DNA of 63,587 bases, filler included, from Sphacelaria rigidula (Eukaryota), in the NCBI GenBank assembly GCA_964200075.2. It is 6 parts of 6 records of this genome, joined end to end, with 100 filler letters (N's around TTAATTAATTAA, not from the genome) between each part and the next. Parts side by side here need not be neighbours in the genome. Positions count along the whole stretch, not along the records: positions 1 to 10,517 come from CAXNAA020006352.1; positions 10,618 to 21,132 come from CAXNAA020006353.1; 4 more parts are not named here. One strand, given 5' to 3'. The notes below the pieces were generated by a model. That model was not told the DNA's origin. It did not search any database and was given only the letters and a program-made list of their open reading frames with translations. A program made the position numbers and the translations under genes. Positions within the stretch are counted from its first letter, which is position 1; each line of letters opens with the position of its first letter. Positions 1 through 13,446 of the stretch are shown here, one piece after another.

Positions 1-89
1 GCCCTTCCCATCTATGGTCTGATGACCATGGCAAACATGATCATGAGTACCCCCCCCCCCCCCCATCCCCTCAATCCCGAAACACTCAC

Positions 90-450
90 CAAGCGTCATT
101 AGTCTTGGACGTGTTTCGCGGGAGAGGGGGCATTCCCAGCGCATTTGCCGCCACCAAAGCCGCTGACAAATCCGGCATAGACTTCGGCCGCCCAAGCGGA
201 GCAACTCCTGCAGGCAGCGGCATAACCCGTACCCGTTCGGAAGCAGAGAGCGGGGCGGATATTTCCCCGATGCTTGTGCCCTTACCGTTGTGAATCGCAG
301 TAGATCCGTTGGAGTAGTCCTTGTTGAAGTAGTCGCTTTGGCTTCGGGTTAGCATCGTTTTGTTCTTCCCGGTCCTGATTCTCGTGGAATCTGCGAAGGA
401 GCTCGTGTTGTACCGTCTATTTGGGGTCATCGCGGCGGATTGATCTACGC
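90..450 (-). CDS. Coding exon of an unidentified spliced gene (low-complexity, ...RPKSMPDL...) that continues off the left edge of the window
   Basis: Open frame (G)VDQSAAMTPNRRY...KTNDAW, bounded by the acceptor ...tcggcag| at 451 and the donor |GTGAGT at 89-84. No recognisable domain. Confidence 0.6.
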
Positions 451-689
451 CTGCCGACAGTATTTTTACGCGTGCAATTCAAGGCCAACTTTTCTATGAA
501 TCCTGTGCGGTGAACTGCAGTAAAAGCGTGACACGAGCGAGACGAGGGATGGAAGACGAGAATGCAGGGACACGAGAAAAAAAAAAGCTCAGTGTTTTTA
601 CTGGAGACATGAAATAGCGATATATTGTTTACACCCTGCACGTCGCATAATCGGGTATCGTACATGAAATATGGTTGCTCCCAGGTCTA

Positions 690-1297
690 CGAGCTGGGTC
701 AGCAGTAAATCCCGTATTCGCTTTCCACACCACAACTTCTCAAGCTTCCCAAATCAGCGCGACTTGAGCATACCGCTGTGAAGTGCAGACCAACCTGGTA
801 ACACACGGCACCGCCGCTGAATGAAGAAGATAATGAAAAATGTACTGCATAATATATAACCTCAACGACGGGTGAAATAAAAAGAGAGTCTGTCGGGATT
901 CAATCTCGTGAATTCCACAACTGGAGTCTCCTGTATCACTTGGATCAAACGGGCGCGGCCGTGTCACACGAAAAGTGCGATGCGGCGCCCAATTTGAGGT
1001 GTTTTTGGCTGAAACTTTACCAGGATGTCCTGGACGCGAGTGCCCACAACGGTATTCGGAGTGCAGTCGTTTTTATCATTTTTCACGGAATTGAAGCCTT
1101 TTCTCCTGTTCTTGCTGAAACTTGAACTCGCTCTAACTTCCCGTTTTGTTGTGTTTTTCCTCTGCACCCCCAATAGAGTTGCGCGGGTTGATGATTAAAT
1201 GCCGTATCACAATTTCAGCGCCCAACTCTTCGAATTACCAATCGCATCGCCATTCAGAATTCAGAATTCAGAATTCACTGTCGATTGGCCCAGCTCG
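690..1297 (+). mobile_element. Tc1/mariner-type MITE (TA target duplication, CGAGCTGGG TIRs)
   Basis: TA|CGAGCTGGGTCA ... TGGCCCAGCTCG|TA. The internal sequence is homologous to the inverted copy at 62596-63542. Confidence 0.75.
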
Positions 1298-2279
1298 TAG
1301 CAATACCTGCAGGACCTAAAAGCTGCACTAAGTATCGTCCGGGGCATGTCAAACCTCTTCACTTCATTGTTGGGAGATAACTTTTCACGGATTGTCTGGC
1401 ACACGCCCTGCAGGACTACAGTAGTCAAGTTTTTAGATGATATTCACTCAATCGGGATTTTTTCACCGACGTTGATGACATTCACGCGAGATTTTGAGAG
1501 TCGGTCTTGCTCAGGACTATGTCGCAATTCTGCGTTGTCGAAACGATACGGATTAAAACCATATTCATCGAAGGGGTGTTACTGAACGTATGTGGACCAA
1601 AGACACGGTTTTCTGGTTGTAGCGCAACGAACATCGAGGAAATGAAAAAATGCAGCCGTGGAACTGTTCATTATAACGATTCGGATTCGTCCGGTCAAGC
1701 GAAAAATATCAAAGAACGAAAACCGGGGCTGTACACTCGAAGGATCTCCGAAGACCAGTGACCCCGTACCTCGTTCAAAATTGGTCGGAGATTCGACGCT
1801 TTTCTCGAAACTTGTGCAGGGTACTCCTGTCTCTCGATTCTCAAAGTTTGGGATCAAACAGAAACCGTGGTGAGTCGTGGTTACCGAAAAACCTGGGGGG
1901 AAAAAGCGTTCGATCGGAAATGTTCTATTTATAAAAAATGGCTAATACAACGCTCGTACTCCTATGACGAAAAAAAATCGGTGAACCACAAACGATACTC
2001 TTCCCTGTCCCGTCAGTCTGTCCCGTAAGCGTTTCGACCGCGAGGTGCCGGTGACTACATGATCGCCAACGCGAATATTCTTTCAATCCTCTTTGACTCT
2101 CAGTGGAGACCATCTGCTATACCGGCATAAATTCTTGCTTTGAATTTGTTTTTAAGATCCAGATGACTGACTCTCCCTGGCGGCCAGGGCGTGAAAGTGA
2201 TTTTTCATGCACGGATAGTGCTGCAGTGAAGATCCCGAATCATCTTCACGATCGAAGAGTGGAGTGGCAGCTCTGCGGA

Positions 2280-2612
2280 GGGCACCTAAATAAATTTACG
2301 TAAACAATGGTTGGTACTATGGAGATGCCGCCAACCCCAAGTTAACCCTAACCCGAACCCCGACCAAGGCATACCGGAACCCTCGGACAAGGGGGGTGCG
2401 TAAAATTTCCTAAGCAAAGGGTGCGTTGCCAGAGCTCAAATCGAAGCCTTTGAGCCGATTTTGGACCAAAACAAGTTCTAGACGAGCTGGGTCTACTGCT
2501 CACCACTGCTCACTTGCCCCCAAATCATCCATTTTCCAAGAACTTTCTTCAGTCTGAAATCAAGTAAAATCGAGTATCAGCCATTGTGTATGTACATTTC
2601 TTCAGGTCTACT
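2280..2612 (+). mobile_element. TIR MITE with an internal telomere-like (TAACCC) core
   Basis: About 30-bp imperfect TIRs (cctaaataaatttacgtaaacaatggttg / cagccattgtgtatgtacatttcttcagg). Colinear with 48572-48920. Confidence 0.65.
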
Positions 2613-2902
2613 GGCTCTGTGGGATGAATTTTGATATCTAAACGGATGCTGGGCGTTGGTAGTCCCGTGGGTATTTTACAACAACACGACCGCCTGTCGC
2701 TGGGCTGAGGTAGTGAAACCACTGCATCGACATGACTGCCGTGAGGCGGTCCAGCCGATCCTCCGGGTAATCGGTACACGAACCCTTTTGCGGGTTAAGT
2801 GTTGGGTGAGGCTTCCTCCTTACTTCAAGGATGAAAAAACAAAAGTATCGACACTGCATTTGGCGGACTCTGGTTGGTTTACTGATTGGTTGATTGGCTG
2901 GG

Positions 2903-3145
2903 GAGTGATGCCGCGATAGCCCTTCCCCCCAAAGTGGCAAAATCTACATGCGAATCGAAATGAAAAAAGCTGAGCACACTGAGCAGCTGGGAACTCACGC
3001 GCTTGGGTTTGTCTCCGCCAATGTCGCTCATATGAGGCGCTTCATGCAATCTGAAACTAACTGTCATACGTTGTATGACCATTTTCTTCCTAGAACTTCT
3101 GGCGCTGGTATTGGGGCGGGGGGGGGGGCTATCGCGACATCACTC
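2903..3145. mobile_element. Small TIR MITE (GAGTGATGYCGCGATAGCCC termini followed by C/G tracts)
   Basis: Inverted termini gagtgatgccgcgatagccc... and ...gggctatcgcgacatcactc. The same terminus recurs at about 10420-10456. Confidence 0.6.
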
Positions 3146-6100
3146 TTGGTTGCTTGATTGCGATTCTTCATTAACTGATCCGCTACGAATAATGATCCGG
3201 TCGTCGTCAGAAGACATACGTAAAATATTCAACGGGAAAATCTAGCCGCAGCAAGCATGTTCGACGGTCGGAGGCGACAGTCGGAGGTCATTATCCGACA
3301 GAGCTGCAGTTTAAACGCCGTGGATATTGCGAACAACGCGAGTGCGGTAGAGTGTGGATTTTATCATCCGGAGCGGGCGATGACAAAACCTAAGTGATAT
3401 CAACTTTTGCATAAACTACATTGGCCACGTGCCCGCGAGCTCTGTCTTGAGAAACTCTCGCCGAGATGTTGAAGCAAATTGGGATCCTATGGCGGTAAGG
3501 GGTCTTGCCTAAAAGGGGAAATTACGACATTGGAATCTATTTGCTATCCCGAGTAATATGCTCCGTGAGCCAAATGCACAAAATCGTGCTGGAAGCACTC
3601 TTGAAGTACCAATTTTCAACTCGTTTTTGTGGTATGCATGGGAATTCTGAACTGATGTTGGGATTCCATTATGGTATCAGAAACCGTCGCACACATAAAG
3701 CATACGACACAGCGCCAGCACATTGCGCAACGTCGACCTCTCGCTTCTCCTCTTCGAGTTATTGCTGGGCGATAGACTGCAGTGCACATGAGTACCGGCC
3801 TGAAGCATTTGTTTGGGGGACTGATCGTTGGCTATCGTCGGTACTGCGCGTCAAACATTTAAACTTCAACATCCGTTTCGTGCGGCTGTCGATGACCCCG
3901 AACGGTCGGTTAATGGCTATAATAGTAGCGCGGTCCACTCAGCAGTTCTGTACAGTCCCGCCTGGACCGACCGGCTGTGGAAATGGGAAACGACTACAGG
4001 TTCGCAACAACAAATGGACATCCACTACAGGACACGTCCACCTAAGCCTCTTCCCCTACACACGGGCATACCCCCCCGCCTACACGGCTAACCGCCTGGC
4101 CGTTTGCCTGTGTTGCGGAGAGGGCATGTTTCATTTTCTACAGGATTTGAACAAGTCACATCGCACAAAATTACGAGTACAAGCACCCGGGGCAGACCGT
4201 TCACCGTGCGGAACCTCCCCGGCAGACAGTCCCGCTCGACCTACTGAGACGGAAAATGTGCGCACGGTCCTAAAAACATCTTCCCTCGCCACACCCCACT
4301 CATCCCCCAATCCCTACACGCCTAGTGCGTGCCTGCATGGAGTATTCGCTTCTTCTGGGGAGGGACTGTCTCATTAACAATGTACTGTTGTGGGATGTTG
4401 AAAAATTTCACCAAGAAAAACTCCGATGACCCTGAACTGTCCGTTCAACAGGACCACTAATCTCGGCTGCCCAAGTCGGTTTCACACATAGATGGTAAAA
4501 CCATGGAGAGGACCAGCTACTCTGAAGTCGCGCGTCGGTTCGTTCTCCCTGTGCGCCTAAACGAGTTGACACGTGAATGATAAAAATATCTGTTGCGGGT
4601 GTCCTGAAAGGGAACAATAATTGCCTACGACTACCGTGCTGTTTTACCAGCGGGCGTAGATCTGTCTGGAGTACGGTGTGGAGTCAGGGAGTTACCACAT
4701 ACCAAGCATATATCATGCAGATGTAGACATACCCAGTGCAGACTGGTACGAGACATCGGTGGTGGACCATTGTAGAACACGAGACTACATTGCAACTGGG
4801 CACGCTTCATGTTCAACTTGGGACGCCGTCCGATGACGATGGGCATGACGATGTAAGAGTAGTGTATAATTGGACGGTGCCGGGCACTGTACGAAGGTAA
4901 GTATGCATAGCTCGAGCTTCCCCAAGGAGATACAGAAACTAAAAACTGTTTTCACGAGCTGGCTGCTTCGTGTGCGGTCACATACTGCCCCATGTCAAGC
5001 GTTTTCCGAACTAATCTCAAGTAATTAAAAGCATAATTCTGCGCACATGTATGCGGATCGACACAGACAGGGCATTACTGTTGTATATGCACGTGTCCCC
5101 CGTTGCCTGCTGGGATTGTTCGTCGACACCTCTCAACGCGAGTAACTCTCATACATACCGCACACGCACGGCAAGGCATGCAATAAAACGAACAGGGTGC
5201 TAGTACCGAACAGGTGAATTGTACCGCGATCATCCGTGAAACACGAAGGCATCGACAACTCCGCGCGTTCACAACATCGACTCCGGTACATTCAGCATTT
5301 CTCATACTACAGACAAATTGCAGGATCGTCGAATACGTGCCTTGCACGCAAGAGCCGGCACGCGATTACATTAGAACAAACCCAGTCATCAATACATATG
5401 CATACTACGAAATATCTCAACAATCTTAGTCCACACAGAGATGTGCTACTGGGTAACTCTGATGCTATATTGTTCACACTTCGCGGTATTGTGTGTGTTG
5501 CAGTGGGCTGTGCTGCATTCTGACTGCAACGTACTTGCACCTAGAATAGCTCCGCACCTACAGTCCGAGTCTCAGGTCTTGGTCCAACAAGCCCAGCCTG
5601 CTGACGCTCCGCTCCTAAGGCTAGGAATGAGAAGTGATGTAGCGGTACACTTCATCACATGCCCTGTGTTTTGTGCGTAGGACTGAAGCTGCAGACCAAC
5701 ACCTCTCGTACCCCCAATCAGCAGAAGACGGTGACTGATACCTGCCGTACCACCCGAGATTGTCCTCAGGACTGTCACAGCAACTGCTTTGCTGATTCAC
5801 ATATGATTTCATCTAATGACTCAGACCCGCGGCCAGGATAGAGGGAAGAGGGTTTGTGTGCACCCTATCGTCTCGGTGCAACAGTGACAGGTTGCCAGAC
5901 GCGTTTCCTTGGGCTGGTGCTTGGGAGGAGAACATTTTCTGTGCGATATCATCACGGAACGATGCATTCGTACGGAAGAGCGGTAAGTTTCATAGTTGCC
6001 TGGTGGGGAAGACCGCCACGACGGTACCAGAATGAAGCGACTTGCGAGTAGCGACTTTTGGTCGGTTATAGTTTTGTTGCGGGGAATAGCACCCCCTTTA

Positions 6101-6983
6101 GTATGCTTTCATTTTCCCAATTTTTACGGAAATCAAGCACCCTTTACATCAAAATATCTACTTAATCAAAGTCACTTGAAAAGTGCTTGCTAATTAAACA
6201 ATTTTCGCTGTCACTTGCGTTGTCGTTGAAGAGAAAATCGAAGTCGAAGACGTACTATCATTGGGCGTGTTATACACCGTAATGGACAGTCCCGAATTAT
6301 TGCCCGGAACGTACACATACAAGTGCCTGGGCAACCAGGGTATCGTTATTGAAGGAGTATAAACTCATTAGCGCGGCAATAACATAGCGACAGCTAGGGT
6401 CAAGGAATCTTGAGTCTTGTAAGCCGGTAAAGAGTTGCAACTACCCAACGACCGTGAGTACAGTCGTCGTGTGAGCACACGTGACCCGCGCACAGTACGT
6501 TATGTCAACTTCGGCACCCAAACCATGTTTTGCGATTTGGTGTGCAGTGTGTTCCCCACATGCACTGTGGCAACACAGCAAGCACACTAGTACTCCACAC
6601 TTCGCCTAGTCGTTCGATACCTACTTGCCGACAACTGCGGCGGCCACGGTACCAAGACGTGAGGTCTTCAAAGCGTTTTCAACTATACATATTTTTTTCA
6701 GGGGGTTATCGTTCGGAATTCGCAGGGGCCTTGATTCGAGAAAATCGAAAATCGAGATGGAACATGCGTTTTCCAACGTTGCTCAGTAGGATGGGGGCAG
6801 GGTTCAAATGAATGCAATCTCAGGTGTTCATATCCTACGTTCTCTAAAATGCTCAGCATATTCAGCTCGTGGTTGCTCGCGAATATGCTCAGTATAGTAT
6901 TTTGGACGAAAATATACTCCAGCTACACCGGATGGGAGACAGAACTTTCAATTTTCAGCTGTAAATATTCCAGCTACATGAGG

Positions 6984-7340
6984 CCGGTCGCCCTGGTTGC
7001 TAAATTGGTAACAACGGAGCCGTACCTGGCCGGTGGGTCGCGGGTTCGAATTTCGTTAAGTCATCCGATCTGGGATTTTTTTCTGACATTATGCCCAACA
7101 GTGGAGAATGGCTATGTCGTGGGTACACACAATATTACTTCACGGTCGACGAGGGAAAGGCCGCTGAAACCCTCTCGCATTAAAAAATAAGGCAAGCACC
7201 GCAGAAGGAAGGTGGAGTACTAAAATAAAATAAAACAAAAACTCCTGTGTTGGTCTTCCTGTGTGACCCCGGTTGATGCGCCGATATATATCGAAAGGTG
7301 TAGACTGGCGTCCAGAATAGATGGGATGACAACACACACA
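6984..7340 (+). mobile_element. tRNA-derived SINE, family A, copy 1
   Basis: Pol III-like head (tggttgctaaattgg ... gggttcgaat), a body shared with 8694-9055, and an (AC)n tail. Confidence 0.75.
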
Positions 7341-8693
7341 CTGGCATATCTAGTACGTTCTGTTCTAGGCACTCGATACTCTCTGTACCCTGGAATACTT
7401 GGTACTTTGGACGAAATAATCATATAGGTTCTCGGGAACACTCGGTATATTCAGTTGTAGATACTCCTACTGTAGCTAGGAACCAAGTCAGGTAACGGGT
7501 CGTTACATGAAAAGTCAACTGAAAGCAGCTATTTTTTCGTTTTTTCCCCATGACCCTTAGATATTTTTGATTCCCAATTTGTGTTGGATACACGCGCGCA
7601 AGTCAGGCCCCATCTGCCGCAGAGATTAACAAGCCTGCACTGTTCGAATACATGCTTTTCGTGCCTGAGCTGGGCCTCATTTCCCTTCGTTAGCTTGCTG
7701 CAGCCTTGGGTAGCAACAGCAATGGAGCTAGAAAAAAAGCATGCACCCGTCTTCGATTACAGTTTCACATGCACCGAGACATGAAGCAAGCAAGCGTGCT
7801 GTATACCTTCGAAAGATAACGGCATCCTAACAAACAGGGTCGTACACGCAAAAGCAATACATGTTGAGTAGCTGCTTCGTGTCCCGTGTGTAGAGTACTT
7901 GGTCGTCTTCGCCGTTGTACCTCAACTACTTCCTGTCTTGGAACCGGCAGTGTCTGTCCCGCAAGATTTGCCAACCCTGGCCAGCCAGTTGACACCGTGT
8001 GGGTACTGTCTGTCCGATGCCGATCAACGCGAGCCATCCAAAAGCACAACAACCAACAAAAGGGAGCCAGCAGCATTGATAAGGGTATAGTCCATCACAC
8101 GGGGTATGTTCCGTCCAGGCAGCGTGAAACAACACACACCGACGATGGTAGAACGATGTTGTCTATGGCCCCGTATCCAAAGCTGCGCCGGATGCAGCCG
8201 CAAGATAAGCCCAAATGGAGACTACAACGCCAACCCGGCCACCGCAACCATATCGCGGGCACATCGACTCTTCAGGGCGAACGCTGGGTGTATCAACCCG
8301 TGTGCCAATAGACAGAACGCCTCTTGTGAGGTCCTTGTTGTCCTAGATACCATCCCGCCGCCGCCCTGCACTGTACTGTGGCTGCGGGCCCCAGAAGGCC
8401 AGCAAAAACATGTGTGACGAACTGAATACTTAAACCAAGTTTGTGCTATATTATTAATGTGCTATATAATGTAGTGGGATTGGGCAAAAAAAAGGGTCAC
8501 TTGAAATCAGTGTGTTCTATGATTCCACCCAAACGTACCAAAACATCGCCCCTACAATAGATACTCTGGAATACTCAATACCTCAAAGGATCCAATACTC
8601 CTGCTACTTTGGGATTCCCATTTGTGTTTTCGACGATCGATACCAGGGGTGCCCTGCGGTACTCGGTACTTTGACGAAGGCAATACAGGATAA

Positions 8694-9055
8694 CCGGTCG
8701 CCCCGGTGGCTCGGTTGGTAAGCTTCAAACCTTCTGATGGGTGGGATGTGGGTTCGAATCCCGGTGGAGGGACATGGTTTGGGATTTTTCTCACACAATA
8801 CGCAACAGTGGAGAGCCACTATGTCGTGGGTACACAAAGTTCGACTTCACGGTCGACGAAGGGAAGGGGCCGCTGAATCCTTCTGGCGGTAGGAAGAAAG
8901 GCAACCATCGCAGAAGGGAGGTGGCGGAATAAAATAAAATCGAAGTCCTGTGTTGGCCTTCCTCTTGTATGACACCGGCTGGTGCGCCCACATACAATTA
9001 AAGGTGTAGACTGGCGTCTAGAATGGATGAGATGACAACCCACACGACACACAAT
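8694..9055 (+). mobile_element. tRNA-derived SINE, family A, copy 2
   Basis: A box tggctcggttgg, B box ggttcgaatccc, body colinear with copy 1, and a 3' end ggcgtctagaat...acaacccacacgacacacaa. Confidence 0.8.
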
Positions 9056-10517
9056 AGGGTGTTCCAGATACTCAAAGGTACTCGGTGTTTTCGACAGCCG
9101 ATACTCCGCGTGCCCTGCGCACTGCTATAATTTGTTTCATGTGCAGCACCGACAGGGTTTACCGAACAGCCCGAGTTGTGTGTCGCTGCTGCACTTCCGC
9201 CGTAGCTCAGCACCTGCCCGATCCGAAGCTCTCTGTACTTTTACTATGCTGACTGCGCACTGGGTACGTACAGGCTGGTTCACGCTCATCACCCAAAATT
9301 GTGTCATCAGCAAATTCCTTTTGCAATACCTACCCGAAAGTCGCACACATGATATCATACTGACCGCCATGGACTGCTGAAGAGCGTGACATAACTGGAT
9401 TTGTGTTTAAGGCTATACTGGTAGCACTAAGGGCGAGAAGGTACCTCGGCCAATCAGTGCCTTTCAAATTTCGAATTTCAAGCCCAATGTCCACCAAATC
9501 TCCACATGCTTTAAATCGTATCAGTAGTAACCGCCATCAGCTCAAGAATCTATCAATAATGGAAAAAGCAGATGTGAAAACGGTCACTACGGGGGCGAAT
9601 TATACCCGAAATCGTGAGGTTTTGGCGTTGTCTAATTTCCACTAATGATACGCACGGAAGACCCAAGGAACCTCGTAACGGTTATCCTTATATCTGTTGT
9701 AGAAAAGCTCTGATCGCCCTCAAACTTGCCAGTTCCGTTGATATTGAATACTTCAGATGAGAAAATTCTAGTCTTGACAATATTTCATAGTTTATCCGTT
9801 CTGTACCGGCTTCCGGGGGGTCCCGGTATGAAGACCCCCGGAAGGCGGTAGAGAATGTCTCGAAAGAGAAGGGATACAATGATCGATTCCCTGATCGTCC
9901 ACGGAACACATGCACAAAGTTTGGTCGAGGAACTCCAAAATCTCATACATTTTTTCTTGTCTCTATGTATTATTCACCCAAACAAGATGTTTTCTCACTA
10001 AAACCAAGTAGTTGGGAGTTTTACGCTTCAAGCTCACGTCCTCGCACACACGCGGATAACTTCACATCGTTATTAGAAATTAGACCCCGAAACTTTGCAC
10101 AAATGTGCTATGGGCCATCACGCAACTTTCGACTTGAATCGCGTCAGATACTTTGTGTTCTAGATTGTACTAGATTGTACCATTCGCTGTTCTGTACCCA
10201 ATACAGGTCATTGCCTACCATTTGGCGGTGAGTACCAGGCACTCCACGGAGCCTTTGAATACTCAGTACCTTAGACATTCGATTCTCCGAGTGCCCCGAA
10301 ATGTACTGAATTCCCCGCAGTCGATAACCCGGGTAATCAAGAATCCTCAGTTTTCTGGCCATCGATACTCCAGAGGGTCTGGAAAAGAACAGCATATGCG
10401 GCGGTCGATACTCCGAAGGCTGATGCCGCGATAGCCCCCCCCCCCCCCCCCCCCCGCCGGTAACAGTGTTGGGGACGGAAACAAACCAGATAACACCAAG
10501 GTCAGGGGCGACAGCAC

Positions 10518-10617
10518 NNNNNNNNNNNNNNNNNNNNNNNNNNNNNNNNNNNNNNNNNNNNTTAATTAATTAANNNNNNNNNNNNNNNNNNNNNNNNNNN
10601 NNNNNNNNNNNNNNNNN
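10518..10617. other. Artificial contig linker (N-run + TTAATTAATTAA + N-run). Also at 21133-21232, 31747-31846, 42361-42460 and 52975-53074.
   Basis: Five identical 100-nt spacers carrying a palindromic linker with stops in all six frames. Confidence 0.97.
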
Positions 10618-11767
10618 AAAATAGGTTGGATGAAACTTTCGGTCTTCATCTAACCCTGCTGTTACATACATTCGTTGATTTTGAGCAACATGGAGCCACT
10701 GTTTCATGCATATGCAGGACACGTCATTCCTAGCCGGCTTCGTTGGTCGTTCTGGAGTTCCAGTCCCAAAAGGGTTAAACACATATACTGTCAAGCAATC
10801 ATACTCCAGCGAATATATCATGGCCCAATATCATGATGCAAACCTCCATGCATCAACCTGGAGCTTCTCATGCATGTGTATGTGTACTGGATGTGGACTA
10901 CTCTACACGCTGAACATCTAAGTTTGTCCCACTTCGCGTACGTGCTGACGCTCACTAGCAGCTGCCCGACGAAAGCACGGAAACAAAAAATGCACGATAA
11001 GCTCGACGAAGACAGCACAGCGACGCTCATCTGCAGACGCTGTATCGTCTCCCCTTCTCTCTATCCACTCTTTCTACTCAGCTTTGCGAAGGAAGCAAAG
11101 ATTCTTGTAGCTTCGGTGTTTGGGGCATAAGGTGCCAGGGGAGGAAAAACTCAACTTTGCTCTTTATTCAGCGCCCAAGGTTTTCTGATCCCAAGAACCT
11201 GTCCCGCGGACACTTGGAGTAAGGTCATTTCTTGCGCTAGTGACTCTTTTATGCCCCCTGGCGCTTTATCAGAGAGATGAACTAACTTTCATTTTGAGCA
11301 TGTCGTAGTAGCCTAGTATCCATGGTGGAAGACGTAGGTTGGATTTGGTCGTCGTCTGTGTGCTGCGAAGACTTATCACAGTAGCGTTCCCCCAAGCTAT
11401 AGCTTGCGAAACCTGCGCATATGCCGTACCACATGTGGTGGTGGCACGGTTACCGCTCGACATGGTCTCCACGCCCACAACATGAATGCACGGAACTGTA
11501 CTTTACTTATCACGATATGTGTAGTGACACATATATGGGTGGCGGGGGCTCGGCGGGCCCCTACGCCCCTGTTTACTACTACTCCGAAACCTCCCACATG
11601 GGCGTTATAACGTTCAAAGCCAATTGTGGACCTTTGAGCGGCAAAAGATGATAGAACTCTCGGTGCAACGGCGGTGAGTTCTCGAGTGAAAACTTTCGAA
11701 GCCGATTCAACACACGAATAAATACATTCACCTATCCGGACGACTGAATGGTTACCAAGCAACCAAC

Positions 11768-12006
11768 CTGCATGATGAACGGACGGTGGCGCTTATCGCT
11801 AGCGGTCGGTGTCGAGCAGTCTCCGCGACTGTCTTCTTCACGTTGCAGTCCCCCCTCGATCGCCATGTCGCCCCCGACTGTGGCCCCTTCCACGGATGCC
11901 ATCTGCCCACCCGCCACGAACCCATCGAGGTCTCGCGGGATCGGACGGACGAAGAACGTCGTGAGATCGACGTACATTCCTCCGTTTTTGTAGATCTCCA
12001 ACATGG
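11768..12006 (-). CDS. Exon of a GT32 (alpha-1,4-glycosyltransferase-like, DXD-region) glycosyltransferase, possibly pseudogenised
   Basis: MLEIYKNGGMYVDLTTFFVRPI matches the GT32 pattern LYxxGGxYxDxDxxxxRP. Acceptor ttcttag| and donor cag|GTTGGT. Confidence 0.6.
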
Positions 12007-13176
12007 CTAAGAACAGGGAAATGGACGCATCTGGTAGTGCCTCTTTGGTATTCTGTTGTCATGGTAGTCGAGGAAACGAGGGAGGGCGGGAGGAGGCACC
12101 ATGGACCTTCAACAAAGGCAATTGTGCCCATTTTTTTTTATTTGGATGACAGAAATATGTTATATTGATGGAGAATCGAGTAGCTCAAGCGAGAAATGTT
12201 TCAATGACGTTGTGAGAAAAAAAAAAACAGGAGTTCGTATTCTCAGCGACCATAATCCGGCTCCGGGGCTGAATTACTACAACAAACTTTGCTCAAAGAG
12301 ACAGAATGCTGCTCACTTATTCAATAATAATGTCGAGATAAAAGCACCACCGGCTTCGACTTGCAGAACGCAACCGAGGGTCGCTTTCCCCATGAGTGAA
12401 GGAAATTCCACGAAGAGAGTATGGCGCACTTCTCCTCTGCTTCATGGGGTACAAGCGACAACATTTTGTCAAAAGTAGAGGCAAAATCAGACAAAATACA
12501 CCTATAATGTGCTTTCAGATTGACACGTCCTGAACAAGATACACATTATTACTCACAGATTATGACGCAAGATAATTGGATGTTTCGCACTCGAACAGCT
12601 CACGAATTATCCACCTGAAATGAGTAATCGGAGAGGATTCTCGGATCCCTTGTGGAATAACACAAATGGGTTACAGCAGGGTCCGAGAAGCCAAAGCGCT
12701 ATCTTTGCGCTGCTCCGTGTGCTCGGCGTCCAGTGCTGCAGGAATAAAAAGATGATGAAAGCTCAAATGGACTGGGTCATGATCTAGATCAGTACAAAAA
12801 TATGAAGTAGTATTGAGGTAGCTCATGAGCTGTCCGAGGTGTCCAACTTCGCTTGCCCCGACGCTAGAAACCTCTGGATTGGGTTTGCTGCTTTTTGTGT
12901 GTGCTAGAAAGGATGCGTTGAAAACGCTTCAAGGATCCATCGTCGGCACCGCGCACTGCGTATTATGCTCGAACACCACTTGAACCCTTGACGACACAGG
13001 ATACCATTTTGGAGGGATAACACTGCTGGCTTTCAACGCAGTCAACCGCTGTGCTTTAGCTGGTCAACGCCCCTCTCTTTCTTTGCAACTACCACCTCCC
13101 ATGCGAAATAGCATGTAGTGTGTTGTCCCTAACCCCTGGTTCATTCATACTATTCCCCCGCATCAGGTACTATTCA

Positions 13177-13446
13177 TCACTGAACGGTGGTCTTTGTGAG
13201 GTCAATCTGGCCAGCTTGTTCGTGCTCATGGGCTCCAGAGATGAACCATTCCTCTGTGCCCCACCCCAAGGAGGGTGCCATAGTCAAAATGGTCCAAATG
13301 GATAATGACATCGATAAGTTATACCGCGTGTCCTCCAAGTTGTTCATACTGTAGCTCTGACCTGATGGGAGACACCTGAACGTAGGAGGGCAAAACCACT
13401 GCTGCGGTGTCGTCCACACCGGCATCACGTAGTTTATATAAGCCAC
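13177..13446 (-). pseudogene. Decayed upstream segment, probably of the same GT32-like gene
   Basis: NYVMPVWTTPQQWF...TFRCL and GTEEWF resemble the N-terminal part of GT32 proteins, but the similarity appears split across frames. Confidence 0.3.

Noticed and set aside
3505..4377. 290-aa ORF
   Set aside because: Non-ATG start, no recognisable domain and no supported splice chain; probably a chance open frame.
7886..8417. Decayed SET-domain-like coding relic
   Set aside because: Only scattered short resemblances across frames with many stops; not supportable without a profile search.
8694..8770. tRNA genes here and at 6984, 23257, 31900 and 38246
   Set aside because: A and B boxes are present, but the cloverleaf is not convincing and each continues into a shared repeat body, so they are SINE heads.
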